Shown: positions 46,082 through 56,053, counted from the first letter of the stretch. The stretch is DNA of 59,751 nucleotides from a virus (IMGVR_UViG_3300044608_001438:1-59751), one strand, 5' to 3'. The notes: a model not told the origin generated them from the letters alone. A program made the numbers and translations.

Positions 46082-46144
46082 TGCGGCTTTTCCACGGTTG
46101 CAGTCCGTCGGCAATACTCCGCCAATCCGAGAGGGATGCGACGC

Positions 46145-46621
46145 TCAGAGAAGCGTCACGCCTCGTTCCTCCATCCATCGTGTTTCTTCGTCAGTCAGTT
46201 GCCCGGTCTTCGCGAACTTGGCCCGCAAGGTCGCTTCCTTGTGAGCCTCACGCAATGCCTCGGCGCGCTTCTCTGCCCCTCCGATAATCTCGACCTGTAG
46301 CGCAACCTTGACCGTATCGAGTGCCCTTCCGGGTCGCTCTGGGTCCTGATGCGTCGCAGCATACCACCGCATCGCTTCCGACTCGTCGCAGGCTTCAATG
46401 TCCTCTGGCCGGAGAGTTGCGGCCCACTTCGGATCACGAGGACCGACGCGGAACTTGTAGCCGTTCCCGCGAAATGGAGCCCCGTCGACCACCACGCCTC
46501 CAGCCGCCCGAGCTTCCTTTTCCTTGATCGCGGCTTCCAGCTTCTCCAACTGCGCCTGCTTCTCAGCGATCAGCCGGTCAGCGTCGCGCAGGTCTTCAAT
46601 CGTGCCCTTCTTCTCAGCCAT
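46145..46621 (-). CDS. Hypothetical protein downstream of MCP
   Basis: ORF track; GAGG RBS. Confidence 0.75.
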   Translation of the reverse strand: MAEKKGTIEDLRDADRLIAEKQAQLEKLEAAIKEKEARAAGGVVVDGAPFRGNGYKFRVGPRDPKWAATLRPEDIEACDESEAMRWYAATHQDPERPGRALDTVKVALQVEIIGGAEKRAEALREAHKEATLRAKFAKTGQLTDEETRWMEERGVTLL

Positions 46622-46703
46622 TCCTCACCCCTCAAACGAAACTAGGATCCACCCCGAAAAATGGATCCTAGTGTATCGCTTTTCAGTTTCCCTACGCAAC
46701 GGA

Positions 46704-47861
46704 TCAGGCGGTACTCTTCGCCATGTAGAGACGATCCATCACAGCCGGAGCCCCACGCTCAGAGACCTTGAACCGTGCAACGATATCGCGCTCGAACGCT
46801 GCGGTGTCGCTCGGTGGCGCCTGCTCAACACGGAGAGGCCAATTCTCCATGTAGGCAAAAGCCCGCTTCGGATCTCCGTAGAACCAGGTCGTGTCCGAAC
46901 TGGTTCGGTTCTTCACGTAGGCGCCGCTGATGACGCTGAAGCGCTGATGCAACTGCGGCCCATTGGTCTCGGTCTCGATCGTGCTTCCGGTCGTCTGACG
47001 GACCAAGGTCGCATTGGCGATTCGCAGGGCGGTCATCTGCAGGGCCTGAGGCACCAGCAACACGTTCGGCATCACCGCGATCGGCTCGCCGGTCGTCGGA
47101 TCGGTCAGCGCGTTGAACTTCTGGTCCACCGCGTCGATGTCCGTGTAATCGGCCAGTGCGTTCGTCGTGGCGGTGTTGTCGCTCTGGTAGGTCGCGACAG
47201 CCGCTCCACCGTTGCGACGGTAGATCGTCGAGATTCCGCACACCGCATCGAGAATCCGTTTCTCACGATTGACGGCCACTTCTTCACCGAGCCGCTGAGC
47301 CCGTTGCAGAACAATGCCAGTCCGATCGAAGAACAGAATCTCCTTCGTGATGTCGAGGATCAAACCGCGCTTGATCGTCGCTGGAGTCTCGACGTACTCT
47401 TCGAGGAAGGTCGCTTGAGGGTATGGGTTGCCGTCGTTGACCACCTCGACAGCATCACCGACGCGGCCGGCGCCAGGGATCTTCTCTCCGCTGAACTGAG
47501 TCGGGATCACCGTGACCAACTGATCGCCGATCAATCCCGGTTGCTCATAGCCGGAAAGAGTCTGAGTAAAGGCCAACTGCTGCATCAGGACGGAGAACGC
47601 CGCAGTATCAACCGCGTTTGCGGCTTCCTGAAAGTTCGACACTTCCGCACCGGGTCGGCAGTAAGTATCGATGTACTCTCGGCCCGACTCGACGAAGTTT
47701 TCGAACAGGTGGCGGATCGACCACCGGTGCCCCAGCTCGCTCCGGTCACGCGCGAAAGTCTGCTTCACGTCCTCAACAAACCGACCAACGCACCCATCCC
47801 GGCGAGCGGCTTCATACAACCGCCGCAGCTCCTGGTGCCGATTTCGAATCGCACTGCTCAT
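46704..47861 (-). CDS. Major capsid protein (HK97 fold, Mu gpT-like)
   Basis: KRGLILDITKEIL, PNVLLVPQAL, TTWFYGD, ARFKVSERG. Confidence 0.88.
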   Translation of the reverse strand: MSSAIRNRHQELRRLYEAARRDGCVGRFVEDVKQTFARDRSELGHRWSIRHLFENFVESGREYIDTYCRPGAEVSNFQEAANAVDTAAFSVLMQQLAFTQTLSGYEQPGLIGDQLVTVIPTQFSGEKIPGAGRVGDAVEVVNDGNPYPQATFLEEYVETPATIKRGLILDITKEILFFDRTGIVLQRAQRLGEEVAVNREKRILDAVCGISTIYRRNGGAAVATYQSDNTATTNALADYTDIDAVDQKFNALTDPTTGEPIAVMPNVLLVPQALQMTALRIANATLVRQTTGSTIETETNGPQLHQRFSVISGAYVKNRTSSDTTWFYGDPKRAFAYMENWPLRVEQAPPSDTAAFERDIVARFKVSERGAPAVMDRLYMAKSTA

Positions 47862-47915
47862 CTGGTATTCCTTTCAAACCACAATCAAAAAACCGACACC
47901 AAGTACGGGGAAGGA

Positions 47916-48635
47916 TCAGCGCTTTTGAGCGCTGACGTGAAGATCGACGTTCAGAGTCTCCTGGTTCGCGCCGCCGTTCTTCAGCGCGTAGACGGCGCTC
48001 ATCTCGGTTGCACTCGTGAAGGTCTTGCCCTTCATCGTGTAGACCGCGACGCCATCGATGTAGAAGAACACATCGCACAGAGCAGAGGTCGTCGGGACCA
48101 CTTCGATCTCGAGCAACTGGTAGGCTGCGCCGCCGGCCGTCTGAGCGCTTTTGGTCAGGCTCGCGGCAGCGTTCAGCTCGACCTTCTCCTGAGTCGACCC
48201 AAGCGAGAAGATCACGTTCCAGTTGGTGCCACCGTCGACCTTGTAGAAGCCAACACCGGAGAACGACGCAGCAGGCCCGCCCCCATTATCCTGGAGGAAG
48301 TTCGCAGCGATGCCCGATCCGAAACCGACGAACACGTTCGCGTCATCGGTGCTGGCTTCGGTGAACTGGACGCGATGCTTGCCGTAGAGCGGCTTGCCGG
48401 CAGCGAACAGGTAGACCTCCTTCGTCAGCAAGTAAATCTCGTCATTGTCCGCAACGGTGCCATCCGATGGCTGGAGAGCCACAACACCGCCGGCCGAATC
48501 GCCGACGGTGGACGTCCCGCTATCGGTCGCGGTCGTGGTCCACACGTTGGTGTCTTCTGCGTAGAAATCGTCGACAATCGAATGAGTGTAGATCACCTGA
48601 TGGATCCGATCGTCCAGGTTCAGTCCCTTCGGCAT
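47916..48635 (-). CDS. Putative capsid decoration protein
   Basis: Between protease and MCP; beta-rich. Confidence 0.6.
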   Translation of the reverse strand: MPKGLNLDDRIHQVIYTHSIVDDFYAEDTNVWTTTATDSGTSTVGDSAGGVVALQPSDGTVADNDEIYLLTKEVYLFAAGKPLYGKHRVQFTEASTDDANVFVGFGSGIAANFLQDNGGGPAASFSGVGFYKVDGGTNWNVIFSLGSTQEKVELNAAASLTKSAQTAGGAAYQLLEIEVVPTTSALCDVFFYIDGVAVYTMKGKTFTSATEMSAVYALKNGGANQETLNVDLHVSAQKR

Positions 48636-48683
48636 GTTCTCTGTTCCTTCTAAAAAACCCTTGAATCACTTGGAAAAACAGGC

Positions 48684-49733
48684 TCAGCCGATCGAACGGA
48701 TGAACTCTTGGAAACTGGATGGATACTTTTCGGCTCCCTCCTGCAACTTGCCAGGACTCGCGGCCGGTCGCTTGGCCGGATTGACCCCGACCTCGGATCG
48801 TGCGGTCCAGCTTTCGACCAGCGACTTCCGGAGCGGCTCACCAACGGCCATCAGCGCGGCCAATCGGGGAGCGGTGCATTCGCGGTCGAGCGATTCGAGC
48901 AACTGGCGACAGGTCGCCTCCGTCTGGATCTTCTCCAGGGATTCCTTCATCGCCTTGTTTTCTTCCTTGAGCTTGTCCATCTCTTCGGCTACCGCCGCGT
49001 CGGGTTCCGCGCTCTGTTGCATCGCGGCTTCCATTGCGAGCACCTTGCGGAACTTCTCCAGCTTCTGCTCCATCGATAGTGACTTGTCGCCGATGATCTT
49101 CTGAACCATCATCGACAGCGCCATGTCGAGATGAGCTTCCGGAGTGTCCTCCATCGGCTCGATCTCCATCGACGCCATATCGTCATAGCCTTCGTTCTCA
49201 AGCAGGCGAGCCAGGACCGGCGCCAACACCGAACCAGCGACAGCCTCCACCAATTTCTTGCTCATTGCGTACCCCTCGAATAGTCCCTTGTTGGTCGCTG
49301 GATCTGACACCAAGTCGACGGAATGAACGGCGACGATCTCAGTCACCACCGACACCCCGTTCTGCATCCTGTCTTCGCCGTCCGCGTTGTGACTCAGCCC
49401 GAAGGAATCCGGGAACCGCTCGATCGATTCCAAGATCATCTCCGTCTGCGGATGGCTCTTGAGGTATTCAAGGTCGCCCCACAGCTCCCCGTTGTCATCC
49501 GCGCGGACGTTCGTGAGCGTTCCCCAGCGATCCTTAAATGATCGCTCGCCATTCTTCCGGTCGTGGTCGATGAAGACCTTCGCCCCTTCGTACAGTGGGA
49601 TCGCCTTCCGGACGGCTTCCTTCAAGTATCGCCGACGGTTCCGCGACTCGAGGCCCAAGACCTTGACCCCGCGAATCACTCCAGCCTCACGGTCGACCTT
49701 GCCACCGCTGTAGGCTTCTTCCCATCGTGCCAT
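48684..49733 (-). CDS. Capsid maturation protease/scaffold
   Basis: FIDH, FGLSH, SVDLVSDPAT; acidic helical C-terminus. Confidence 0.8.
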   Translation of the reverse strand: MARWEEAYSGGKVDREAGVIRGVKVLGLESRNRRRYLKEAVRKAIPLYEGAKVFIDHDRKNGERSFKDRWGTLTNVRADDNGELWGDLEYLKSHPQTEMILESIERFPDSFGLSHNADGEDRMQNGVSVVTEIVAVHSVDLVSDPATNKGLFEGYAMSKKLVEAVAGSVLAPVLARLLENEGYDDMASMEIEPMEDTPEAHLDMALSMMVQKIIGDKSLSMEQKLEKFRKVLAMEAAMQQSAEPDAAVAEEMDKLKEENKAMKESLEKIQTEATCRQLLESLDRECTAPRLAALMAVGEPLRKSLVESWTARSEVGVNPAKRPAASPGKLQEGAEKYPSSFQEFIRSIG

Positions 49734-49795
49734 ATCAAAGACCCTCCGTTCCGCATGAGGTTACGGCGGAGGTAATCACTTTGGCGGAAGGTCGC

Positions 49796-50416
49796 CTATT
49801 GAGTTGCGACGGTCGCGGCATAGACAAGGAAGCATCGGCAGTTCGGATGCGCCGGAGGTGGCCCCATCGACCCCCAGCGAGAGCGCGGCCGATTGTGCAT
49901 CGGACCGCAGACCGGACAGACCCGCTCATCCAACTGAGTGATCCACCGCGGCTCCGTGTCGATCCCGATCCCTTCGAGGATGTCCTGCCCTTCGGCTTCC
50001 GCTTCGCTCACCGCCGTCGTGGTCTCAGTCACTCCCACCGTATCGGCCCGCGATGGCGCCAAGACCCGATCCTCCAGCGTCCGCGCGAAGTCGTCCGAGT
50101 CGGCCAGCCATCCGCGCGAGGTCGCCGCCATGTCGCGCCCGAGTCGTTCGGCTTGAGCCTTCGCCCCTGCGTCGATGGATCGCTGATTGCGCTTGAGCAA
50201 TTCCGCGATCGCCTGATCGTCGGCCGCGATGAGGATCAGCATCGCGATCAGTGCCCGCTGCCGGATCTCCTGGATTGTCTCCAGGGTTGCCGCTGCGATC
50301 TCACGGCCAAACCGGTCCGCATCGAATCGGTTCCGGTCGCGGAACCGTCCGAAGACCTCGCGCACGTCCGACGCAAGGGCCCGCTCATAGGTCGATCGTT
50401 CAGCTAGATCCGGCAT
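49796..50416 (-). CDS. Mu gpF-like minor head protein
   Basis: WITQLDERVCPVCGPMH...PPAHPNCRC. Confidence 0.9.
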   Translation of the reverse strand: MPDLAERSTYERALASDVREVFGRFRDRNRFDADRFGREIAAATLETIQEIRQRALIAMLILIAADDQAIAELLKRNQRSIDAGAKAQAERLGRDMAATSRGWLADSDDFARTLEDRVLAPSRADTVGVTETTTAVSEAEAEGQDILEGIGIDTEPRWITQLDERVCPVCGPMHNRPRSRWGSMGPPPAHPNCRCFLVYAATVATQ

Positions 50417-50426
50417 CGCATCTCCG

Positions 50427-50446
50427 AAGGTCTCGCGCGTGACCTT
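50427..50446. repeat. 20-bp palindrome site (7 nt after the portal stop)
   Basis: AAGGTCTCGCGCGTGACCTT. Confidence 0.95.
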
Positions 50447-50453
50447 TCAAAAC

Positions 50454-52790
50454 TCAAGGATATTTGCCCCATGACTCCAGGATCGCCACTTGCCGCGCGG
50501 TCGATTCTTCCAGGTTCCCGGATGCAGATTCGACCGACTCCCGAGCGACGATCTCGCTCGCCCAGTTCACCCCAGTATCACCGCCCCAGCCCAACCACGC
50601 GACGTACCCAGCATCCCGCCAGGGTTCGTCCTTGTACTGCGGATCAACCTCGGCGTTCTTGCGATGGCGCCCGAATGCGGCCATCCGGCCGACGGTCTCG
50701 CGCGATAGATTCTCGCCGCTCGCCAACTGGTTCGCCCGAGTCCAGCCGACGCGAGTCATCCCCTTCACCGCGTCGCCGTGCTTCTCTCGCCATGCCAGGA
50801 CCTTCTTCGCGTTGCCCTGAGCTCCTTCGGGTGGCTTGTAGGTCTTGGTCGATTCCTCCAACTCGACGGACTCAGAAGGACCCAAGAGCTTGTCGACGTT
50901 TGCCGGCGCGATCCCCAGCAGTCCGAGCATCACACCCGCCGCGGATCGATCGATGTCCCCCTGCTTGAACTCGCTGACGATATCTGCGATCGCCTTCCGG
51001 TTCCGGTTCCACTGCTGGCGCGAGAGTCCGGCATACTCGCCGGATGGCCCCGACTCGTCGACCTCTTCCGTTGTCCCCTGGTCCGCCTGGGGAACTGGTG
51101 CCACGGCAACCGTCGTCCCGGTCGGAACGAAGTCGGCAGTCCCGGCCGTCGCCATCACCGCCTCCGCCTGATCCTGCGTCAACTGGAAAAACATCACCAA
51201 CTGCGCAACGCCCGACGCTCGCGGTAGAACGCCCGCAGCGACCTTCTCCACTATCTGAGACGCGGCTTGCACTTGCGCCCCGTTTAACGCGGTATCTGCC
51301 ACCTTCTCGGTCGGAATTGGCTCAGGGGTTGCGGCTAGTGCGGCCCCGACGTCCACCGGCGCCTGCGGTCCGTCCTGTCTCTGGTTCAGCTCTTGCTCGT
51401 AATCGCGGCCCAATTCCGTGATCGCCGTCTGATCCGTCACCCATCCTTGCGACTTCTCAACCGCGAGCGACTGCGCCAACTGCAACCGGTCGATCGGAAT
51501 GACCTTTGGCTGGACGATGTTCACTTCCAGCCCTGGCTCCAGGTCGCTCATGTAGTTGATCCCGAACCGGCGGAACTTGCCCGCATCGACGGCCAGATGG
51601 AGAACCTTCCGGATCATCTCTCGCATCTCCTGCGCACGGGTCGCCTGTTCTGCCAGCCGCCCTTGAACGAACGGGCTTTGCGCGACGATCGCCGACGCGT
51701 AGTTATTGTTTGCGTAGTCCCCGGTCAGCATCCCCTCCGGAAACGCTTTGATCGATCCGGCCAACCTCAGCGCCGCACTCATGACCGCGACGTAGTTCTG
51801 GCTGTTGTTCGTCCCGGCGAGCGGTCCCGCGTGGTACTTCTGACCGTTTCGAACATCAAGCCGCTGAGCACCTTGCATCGGAAGGATCCGCTGAGAGGCC
51901 CCGGTCACCGGGTTCTGACCGACCACGCGTGCCATCTGCGTAAGCGCCGCCGCCTGCGTCCCGGTCACGTTCGGCGCGTGCTCGACGATGTAGGCAATCG
52001 CGGCTTGCACAGCCGTCCCTTCCGCTGTGTTCGCGAGGATCTTGTCGCCACGGGAAAGGTACTGATGCGGCGTGTAGAAGTCGCTGACGCCCCGCTTTGC
52101 ACCCGATCGGACGTTCCGCTTCCAGTGAAGGACACGCTTCGCCGGCGCAAAGTTCCAATCGGTCCCCGCCTCATCCCGGACGAAGTGATACCCGAGCGGC
52201 ATCGACGGTCGCTCCGGTCGCGTCATCACCCCGAAGGACCACGACGGGTCGAAGTCGGCTAGCACGTACTGATCGAGCCGCCCGAGCGGTTCCGATAGCT
52301 CGTCTGCCTCCCGCACGACCAGACCCGGCGCGCCATCCCACACCAACTCACCGAGGAACTCCCCGTCCTCGATCGATCGCGCGAACGACTCGCGCTCCAG
52401 CCCAGGCGACCAGCCGCAGGAGGTCATGAAGTCATCGATCAGCCGATTAGCGTAGGTCTTGATTTCCGGCGATGGATGCGACACGCTCCAGTCGAATCCG
52501 GCCCCGATCGTGTAATCGGTCAGCCGCTCCACCCAGGCCCGCGCCATCGGCACTCTGGCGACCAACAGCCAGCTCATGGCCCGGATGATCTGCAGGTCGA
52601 TCTCCGTCTCGTAGACCGGACGATAGCGGCCGTCCTGTCGATCCCAAAGGGTCGTCGCGTATAATCCACGGCGGAGACGGTAGCCCCAGCCGGGCTGATC
52701 CCAGAACGAGTCGGCAACGTCCACCACGTCGCCGTAGGCTTCCTGGATCGCCCCGGAACCACCCACTGCCTCAGTCATCGCATTGTCCAT
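50454..52790 (-). CDS. Portal protein with long C-terminal extension
   Basis: IEDGEFL, VLHWKRN..KRGVSD, MLTGDYANNNYASA (lambda-like portal motifs). Confidence 0.85.
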   Translation of the reverse strand: MDNAMTEAVGGSGAIQEAYGDVVDVADSFWDQPGWGYRLRRGLYATTLWDRQDGRYRPVYETEIDLQIIRAMSWLLVARVPMARAWVERLTDYTIGAGFDWSVSHPSPEIKTYANRLIDDFMTSCGWSPGLERESFARSIEDGEFLGELVWDGAPGLVVREADELSEPLGRLDQYVLADFDPSWSFGVMTRPERPSMPLGYHFVRDEAGTDWNFAPAKRVLHWKRNVRSGAKRGVSDFYTPHQYLSRGDKILANTAEGTAVQAAIAYIVEHAPNVTGTQAAALTQMARVVGQNPVTGASQRILPMQGAQRLDVRNGQKYHAGPLAGTNNSQNYVAVMSAALRLAGSIKAFPEGMLTGDYANNNYASAIVAQSPFVQGRLAEQATRAQEMREMIRKVLHLAVDAGKFRRFGINYMSDLEPGLEVNIVQPKVIPIDRLQLAQSLAVEKSQGWVTDQTAITELGRDYEQELNQRQDGPQAPVDVGAALAATPEPIPTEKVADTALNGAQVQAASQIVEKVAAGVLPRASGVAQLVMFFQLTQDQAEAVMATAGTADFVPTGTTVAVAPVPQADQGTTEEVDESGPSGEYAGLSRQQWNRNRKAIADIVSEFKQGDIDRSAAGVMLGLLGIAPANVDKLLGPSESVELEESTKTYKPPEGAQGNAKKVLAWREKHGDAVKGMTRVGWTRANQLASGENLSRETVGRMAAFGRHRKNAEVDPQYKDEPWRDAGYVAWLGWGGDTGVNWASEIVARESVESASGNLEESTARQVAILESWGKYP

Positions 52791-52853
52791 TTCCCGGCCC
52801 CCTTGCCCCGACAGTACCCGACCCAATTCACTTTGGCCACCCAGGAGAACACC

Positions 52854-53510
52854 ATGCCCCGGCAGATGATCGGAACCGAAAAGATCATGCGAATCTATCG
52901 GCTCCGGCAGATGGGACTGAATTTCAGCGACATTTCGAAACGCGTCGGATGCGCCATGAATACCGTCCGCGCTCACCTATCCGGCGAGTATCTCTACCCT
53001 CCAGCCCTTGCGTCGAAGCTCGACCGGCTCGCCCCGGCCCTGCATCTTATCACACCGGACGATCACATATCACTTGCGGAAGCGTCCTTCCTGATCCCCA
53101 CGCGGCCATCATCCAGGACGCTGGCGCGGTTCTGCCTCGACGGTTACTTGCGGTCCGCGATCATCGATAGGCGGTACTGGACCCGCTCGGAGTGGGTCGA
53201 AGAGTTCGTCCGCGCGAGATGGCCCGATGCACCGACCGGGCTTTGGGTGCATGTTTCGGCGGTGCCATACATGCTTTCGAAGAGACCTTGCGACGGATTC
53301 CGCAAGGCCCTTTCGCCGAAGATCATTTGCGGTCAGCGGGTCGTGTTCGTGCCCGATGTTCGGGCTGTTGGTCAGATGCTCGGCAATCCCATCCGGTCCG
53401 ATCGGTCGATCGTTTCTGTTGCGATCGACCTGCTAGAACGTTGTAGAGGCAGAGTCATCCTGCGCCGGACAGACTTCACTCGATGCCGGATACAGTCTGC
53501 TTTTGACTAG
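52854..53510 (+). CDS. Double-HTH DNA-binding protein (the only credible plus-strand gene)
   Basis: AGGAG RBS; GLNFSDISKRVGCAMNTVRAHL HTH and a second winged HTH (ISLAEAS...SRTLARFCLDG..LRS...RYWTRSEWVEEF, DUF1580-like). Confidence 0.8.
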   Translation: MPRQMIGTEKIMRIYRLRQMGLNFSDISKRVGCAMNTVRAHLSGEYLYPPALASKLDRLAPALHLITPDDHISLAEASFLIPTRPSSRTLARFCLDGYLRSAIIDRRYWTRSEWVEEFVRARWPDAPTGLWVHVSAVPYMLSKRPCDGFRKALSPKIICGQRVVFVPDVRAVGQMLGNPIRSDRSIVSVAIDLLERCRGRVILRRTDFTRCRIQSAFD

Positions 53511-54562
53511 GACTCCTTCTTGATGCGGGCGTAGCGATAAGAATCGCGGGCGCTTTCCAAATTGAAGGTGTTGAGATTCGCCCTCCACCCAATCAACTCG
53601 TCTTCCTCCCAAGATATTGAATCGTCGGAAAACTCACACGGTTTCCCGCAATCTCCAGGCAATACCGGCTGCCGGTATTCCGGCTCGGCTGGCTTGGCCG
53701 GCTCTGGCTCCTTCGCTGGTGGTTCGGCAGGAGATAGCCAGTCGCGGTGAAAAACAAATCGCAGTCCATGCCAAGCAAATCCGCAAATGTGGAAGCGGCC
53801 TTCCCGCTCGCTTTCAATCTTGCCGACCTTTCCGTCGAACTGGTGCATCTGCGGCGCCCAGTATGGATGATCCCACTCCTCCCAATCGCTTGGCCTCGTC
53901 ACCCGCACCCAGTCGCCAACCTTCGGCTCCCATGCTGGCTTGGGCGTCTCGATCTTGATTCGGGCAAAACGCCATTGCATGGGACGATAGAATCCGACGT
54001 GCCCGCAAAGGAATCCGTAGGGGCGGTCCCAGTCTATCGCGAGCAAAGTACACTCCCTCCACGGATCTGCTGTAGAGTTTTGGACCTCGACTATCTTTCC
54101 AATGTCGCCGTCATTTACCAGCCTGTAGCCTTCGCCCGGGGCTGGCTTTGGATCTGCCGGATGCTCTGGCTCCTTCGCTGGCTCATCGACAACCGGACGA
54201 GCGAAAACGCAAAAATCATCTTTGCGAACCGTCATCCCAGCAGAGATTTTGACAGGGCGCCATCCTAAGCCGTCTGGCGGATCGCTGGGCGGGCTTGCTT
54301 TCCCTTTCACCCGATCGCTAGAACACACAACCTCTCCCGGCTCAAGGATTCGCCACTTCTTCGGCGGCTCGTCGGCTACCATTTTGTTGTCGCCGGCAAA
54401 ATGGTCTGCCTGATGCTCACCAGAATCCTCCAGCATTTCATGCAACTGGATTTCTCGCGCGGGCCTCTCGCCAATCTCGATCAGCCGATCCATCTTGTCG
54501 CTCATCACATGCAACACCGCACCGATGTGACGCAAGAGCTCATTGGTATCCACTTCCATCAC
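53507..54562 (-). CDS. Modular hypothetical protein with EPAKEP linkers
   Basis: Several ~60-aa modules separated by Pro/Glu/Lys linkers. Confidence 0.8.
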   Translation of the reverse strand: MMEVDTNELLRHIGAVLHVMSDKMDRLIEIGERPAREIQLHEMLEDSGEHQADHFAGDNKMVADEPPKKWRILEPGEVVCSSDRVKGKASPPSDPPDGLGWRPVKISAGMTVRKDDFCVFARPVVDEPAKEPEHPADPKPAPGEGYRLVNDGDIGKIVEVQNSTADPWRECTLLAIDWDRPYGFLCGHVGFYRPMQWRFARIKIETPKPAWEPKVGDWVRVTRPSDWEEWDHPYWAPQMHQFDGKVGKIESEREGRFHICGFAWHGLRFVFHRDWLSPAEPPAKEPEPAKPAEPEYRQPVLPGDCGKPCEFSDDSISWEEDELIGWRANLNTFNLESARDSYRYARIKKES

Positions 54563-54610
54563 TCAACCCTCCAGTTCACCAGTAACAAAGTTCAGTCAAC
54601 GCTCACGCAA

Positions 54611-55045
54611 CTACCGACCCACCTCCCAGATACACTCCCGCTCGTCAAACCCACGGCAATCAGGACACCCAAGAAGCTCGGCCATCACTTCGCGAATCGG
54701 CTTGCCTCCGTCACTGCACCTGGATTCCGAATGCACCCAGCCACCGAAGTTCCCAGTGTGGCAAGGACGACCCGACCACCACCACCAACCTCCCGTAATG
54801 CCCCAAGTCAGCCAGCCCTTCTTCAGCTTCGGAGGCTTCCAGTCGGGCTTAAGCTGCCTGACTGGCTTAGGCGGTTCCGTGGCAATCGGGCGCCAAATCA
54901 ACCGGATATTCTCGCCGTACAATGTTTCGCAAAGATGTTTCACTACGACGTCACCCTCTGCGACTTCCCCAATGACAAGCCGGAATCCGTCCTTGATGAA
55001 TCCCCTCGGCACCTGAACCTGAACCCATTCGCATTCCATCACCAC
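54611..55045 (-). CDS. Hypothetical Trp-rich protein
   Basis: ORF track; GAGGTG RBS. Confidence 0.65.
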   Translation of the reverse strand: MVMECEWVQVQVPRGFIKDGFRLVIGEVAEGDVVVKHLCETLYGENIRLIWRPIATEPPKPVRQLKPDWKPPKLKKGWLTWGITGGWWWWSGRPCHTGNFGGWVHSESRCSDGGKPIREVMAELLGCPDCRGFDERECIWEVGR

Positions 55046-55071
55046 ACCTCACTAGAAAAAAAGTTCGTTAC

Positions 55072-55091
55072 AAGGTCTCGCGCAAGACCTT
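55072..55091. repeat. 20-bp palindrome site
   Basis: AAGGTCTCGCGCAAGACCTT. Confidence 0.92.
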
Positions 55092-55097
55092 CCAAAA

Positions 55098-55325
55098 TCA
55101 ACGACCGTCCCGGTACTCATCGTCGATCGGAGCACGGCAAACCAAGTCCGGCGGACGTCCGATTGGCTCGCACGTCCACTCGCTCATCTGCGTCGCCGAC
55201 ACCCCGGCACACTGAGCAAAGGCCCGCAACGTCATCCCGTGGCTCTGCCGGAGATTCCGCCGCAAGACCTTCATCGCCTCGACCAGCCGGTCACGCTCCA
55301 GCCGGATCGCCATCTCTTGTTCCAT
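55098..55325 (-). CDS. XRE/Cro-like HTH protein
   Basis: LRQSHGMTLRAFAQCAGVSATQMSEW; AAGGAG RBS. Confidence 0.8.
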   Translation of the reverse strand: MEQEMAIRLERDRLVEAMKVLRRNLRQSHGMTLRAFAQCAGVSATQMSEWTCEPIGRPPDLVCRAPIDDEYRDGR

Positions 55326-55346
55326 CGCTGTCTCCTTGTTCAATGC

Positions 55347-55366
55347 AAGGTCTCGCGTGAGACCTT
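55347..55366. repeat. 20-bp palindrome site (overlaps ssb stop)
   Basis: AAGGTCTCGCGTGAGACCTT. Confidence 0.95.
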
Positions 55367-55749
55367 TAGAAAAGGGTGTAGTCATCGAACGGATCGACGG
55401 GCTCGGACTTCGGGGCCGATCGCTCGCCCTTGCCCTTGAGCAACTGGACGGACAGGACCAGGATCTTTGTCTTGGTCCGCTTCTCCCCGTCCTTCTCCCA
55501 TGAGTCCGTCTTGAGCTTCCCGGTCACCATCAACGGGTCGCCCTTTGCGGCGTAGTTGTTGACCACGTCCGCGAGCTTGCCCCATGCGACGCACTCGGCG
55601 AAGAACGGATCGTCAATCCACTCGTCGCCCTTCTTGCGCCTCTCGTTGATCGCTAGGGCGAAGTTGCAGACCTGCGACTCACCGACCGATCGCAGCTCCG
55701 GATCCCGCGTGAGATTCCCGACCAGAATGACTTGATTGAATGCCGCCAC
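55366..55749 (-). CDS. ssb: Single-stranded DNA-binding protein
   Basis: FNQVILVGNLTRDPELR, AWGKLA, KGD...GKLKTDSWEKDG; acidic tail. Confidence 0.95.
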   Translation of the reverse strand: MAAFNQVILVGNLTRDPELRSVGESQVCNFALAINERRKKGDEWIDDPFFAECVAWGKLADVVNNYAAKGDPLMVTGKLKTDSWEKDGEKRTKTKILVLSVQLLKGKGERSAPKSEPVDPFDDYTLF

Positions 55750-55786
55750 AGTTGATCTCCTGAAAAAAACTAGAACACCTAACCCA

Positions 55787-55862
55787 TTCCCGCCTGCCGG
55801 ATTTGAACCGGCAATTCCCAGCGTTGCCGCTGGTCGTGTTTCCTGCATACACCACGGCGGGA
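55787..55862 (-). ncRNA. tRNA-like RNA with a GCAA tetraloop in place of the anticodon loop
   Basis: TCCCGCC/GGCGGGA acceptor, GTGT/ACAC D stem, CCAGCG-GCAA-CGCTGG, GCCGG-TTCAAAT-CCGGC T arm. Confidence 0.7.
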
Positions 55863-55867
55863 GCCGA

Positions 55868-56053
55868 CTACTCAACCTTTGGAGGCGTCACGTCGCCTGT
55901 GACCCACTCGGCGGCTTCCTCAAACGGATTGCCGATGTTCTGATCGACCCAAGTTCCAACGCCACCGCCAAACACAAACGCTCCAAAGATCGCAAAAAAC
56001 AGAACCAAGTCAGCCAAACCGCGTCGATTTCTTTTGTCACGTCGCACAATCAA
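55868..56053 (-). CDS. Small membrane protein
   Basis: AAGGAG RBS; one transmembrane segment. Confidence 0.65.
   Translation of the reverse strand: MIVRRDKRNRRGLADLVLFFAIFGAFVFGGGVGTWVDQNIGNPFEEAAEWVTGDVTPPKVE

Noticed and set aside
46524-48653. 709-aa plus-strand ORF and other long plus-strand ORFs
   Set aside because: These are antisense shadows of high-GC genes (MCP and others) with no recognisable motifs.
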